Below, in pieces: positions 62,290 through 64,000 of a DNA stretch of 64,000 bases (position 1 is its first letter; each line of letters opens with the position of its first letter). The notes beneath the pieces are model-generated. The model did no database searches. It was not told the DNA's origin and saw only the letters and a program-made list of their open reading frames with translations. Position numbers and translations under genes: made by a program. The DNA lies in assembly GCA_963772225.1 (NCBI GenBank), contig CAVYWD010000002.1:2138872-2202871 (forward strand), in the 5' to 3' direction. Source of the DNA: an uncultured delta proteobacterium. Its GTDB lineage: Bacteria; Myxococcota; Myxococcia; Myxococcales; UBA5297.

Positions 62290-62769
62290 TGGCGCCCCGC
62301 GACAATCGCGACGCGGTCGCGCGATGGCAGTTCTCTCTCGCGTACGTCAGCGGCCCCATCTCCGGGCGGTGTCGACGGCTGTCCTCGTTGGAGGCGGACC
62401 GCAGGAGACGGGCCATCGCCCGCGCCGGCCAGCTTCTTCCGCAAGTAATCGAGGTCCGCGTTCGCGGCATCGAGCGCGACCGTACCCGTGTCGGGAATGA
62501 CCCCGACGAGCCGAGCGTCCGAGCGATTGTCGTCGAGCTGATCAGGGGTGGGCTGCGCATTGGCGGCTGGCCGCATGGCGACGTCGCCCGGCGGTCGGCA
62601 TCGCCAATCGCCCCTCGGCGCATCAGGGGGCCGATCGTGAGCGCGCCGGTCATCCTGTGCCGATGCGCAAGGGCGCGCTGCGCCTTGTCCTTGCCCCGAC
62701 TCCAGGTGATTTTCTCTGGAGGGGCCGGCGATTGACTGGCCTCTCCCCCATGGTAATGTCAGCGCGCCC

Positions 62770-64000
62770 ATGGCTGCCCCCAAAGTCCTCATCGTCGACG
62801 ACAACCAGGAGCTTTTGAACCTCTTGGCTCGTCTGTTCAACGACGCCGGGTACCAGGTGCTTTCGGCGGGCAAGGGCAAGGCGGCGCTCGACCTGGCCCG
62901 CTCCGAGAAACCGGCGCTAGCCGTTCTCGACATCCTCTTGCCGGACATGATGGGCTACCACCTGGCCGAAGCCATTCGGCGCGATCAGAACGTCCCGGTC
63001 ATCTTCCTGACCGGCGTCTTCAAGGGCGGCAAGCACGCAGCCGAGGCGAAAGCCAAGTACGGCGCCGTGGCGTACTTCGAGAAGCCGTTCGAGGCGCACA
63101 AGCTCCTGGAGACGGCCCGGTCGCTGGTCACGCCCGAGCCCCCCACCGGCCCCAAGACTGCCGACTCCACCTTCGAGGTCGAGCTCGACATCGACGTCGA
63201 AGAGGAGCGCCCGCAGGAGCCCCTGGAGCTCACCGGGGTGGTGCGGATCACCGGCGGCGATAACATCTCCGCCGAGCTCAAGGGGGCCCGGCTCACCGCC
63301 TCTCCCGGCCGGCCCGGCCAGGCGGCGCTGGTCCGCCCGCCGCCGCCCAATTATCCGCAGGCCCCCGCGCCGGTCGCCGAAAGCGACCGCGGCACTCGAC
63401 GAGGCGACCTCAAGGACAATTTGCCCTCGCTCATCAACGCCTTCTATCAGTCACAGGAGACCGGCGAGCTGGGCGTCCAACGCGGCAAGGTGAAGAAGGT
63501 GGTGCTCTTCGAGAAGGGCCAGCCGGTGTTTGCCCTCTCCAACCTCGTCACCGACCGCTTTGGCCAGTTCCTGGTGCGGGTCGGGAAAATCAACGAATCG
63601 CACCTCAAGCAAGCCGCCGCCACCGCCGCGGTGACCCGGCGTCGCACCGGCGAGATCCTCGTGGAGATGGGGCTGCTCAAGGAGACCGAGCGGCTCTACT
63701 ACGTCGGCCAGCAGGTCAAGAGCATCATCTACTCGCTCTTCGGCTGGGAAGAGGGCGTCTACGAGCTCGCCTTCAAGCGGACGGCCCAGAGCGAGTCCAT
63801 CAAGCTCGACCTGCACCCGGCGAACCTCATCGTCCGCGGCATCAAGAAGCTCTACAAGCCCGAGCGCCTGCGCCGCCTGCTCGCGCCCGAGGACCGCGTC
63901 CTCCCCTCGCTGCAGCCGGCGTATGCGCTGAGCGAGATCGAGCTCGAGAAATGGGAGGCGGAGCTCTTGCCCAAAGCGGACGGAAGCCGAACCGTGGCCG
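62770..64000 (+). CDS. response-regulator receiver + DUF4388 domain protein; 3' end beyond the window
   Basis: Absent from the ORF track (runs off the end). ATG at 62770 gives MAAPKVLIVDDNQELLNLLARLFNDAGYQVLSAGKGKAALDLARSEKPALAVLDILLPDMMGY...FEKPF. After a linker comes GDLKDNLPSLINAFYQSQETGELGVQRGKVKKVVLFEKGQPVFALSNL (DUF4388-like). Confidence 0.8.
   Translation, partial: MAAPKVLIVDDNQELLNLLARLFNDAGYQVLSAGKGKAALDLARSEKPALAVLDILLPDMMGYHLAEAIRRDQNVPVIFLTGVFKGGKHAAEAKAKYGAVAYFEKPFEAHKLLETARSLVTPEPPTGPKTADSTFEVELDIDVEEERPQEPLELTGVVRITGGDNISAELKGARLTASPGRPGQAALVRPPPPNYPQAPAPVAESDRGTRRGDLKDNLPSLINAFYQSQETGELGVQRGKVKKVVLFEKGQPVFALSNLVTDRFGQFLVRVGKINESHLKQAAATAAVTRRRTGEILVEMGLLKETERLYYVGQQVKSIIYSLFGWEEGVYELAFKRTAQSESIKLDLHPANLIVRGIKKLYKPERLRRLLAPEDRVLPSLQPAYALSEIELEKWEAELLPKADGSRTVA

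Noticed and set aside
62290-62769. Possible minus-strand small gene (MRPAANAQPTPDQLDDNRSDARLVGVIPDTGTVALDAANADLDYLRKKLAG...) between the AlkD-like and receiver genes.
   Set aside because: The frame has no stop until it overlaps the AlkD-like gene by ~300 nt. A sensible end at 62347 would need yet another frameshift. The evidence is too weak to call.

Overview
This is a high-GC window (about 70% by eye). It almost certainly comes from a myxobacterium: it has DUF4388 proteins, a Glt/Nfs-type barrel+TPR module, kinase-linked ECF-like sigma factors, a TonB_C-fused receptor and an expansin. About 60 protein genes can be supported. Most long ORFs in the six-frame track are antisense or off-frame shadows typical of high GC, or chimeras that read through several genes. 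Two real genes at the window edges are missing from the track because they have no stop (left edge) or are cut off (right edge). No rRNA, tRNA or CRISPR array was found.

Layout:
- 1-21.9 kb: core and regulatory genes (trmL, trmJ-like, acnB, acyl-CoA dehydrogenase, HAMP histidine kinase, ECF sigma, Hpt protein, ChaN, AI-2E transporter), a gltB/gltA/gltC-like envelope module, and an AbiEii-like nucleotidyltransferase pair.
- 22-28 kb: an accessory-looking locus. It holds an ECF-like sigma, a Ser/Thr kinase with an FGE-sulfatase ectodomain, two paralogous orphan small proteins in a lower-GC patch, a second sigma, and a caspase homolog without the catalytic Cys.
- 28-33.4 kb: a DUF4097/DUF2089 pair, a PNPOx-DUF3995-TetR operon and a metallophosphoesterase.
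- 33.3-46.7 kb: a 12.6-kb mosaic island bracketed by a 390-bp direct repeat (389/390 identical). The island splits an AAA-ATPase / zinc-ribbon / phosphoesterase operon. It carries an IS21-family element with an extra ParB-like ORF and a repeat-laden end, gene fragments (IS91-family transposase, isochorismatase), a GH53 galactanase, and an AIPR abortive-infection gene flanked by inverted IS91-end remnants.
- 46.7-64 kb: AAA ATPase, expansin, S41 peptidase, TonB-dependent receptor, GT39, an OmpR-type regulator, a TatT-type TRAP transporter, an AlkD-like protein and a receiver-DUF4388 protein.

At least seven genes read as frameshifted, which means either indel errors in the assembly or pseudogenisation.
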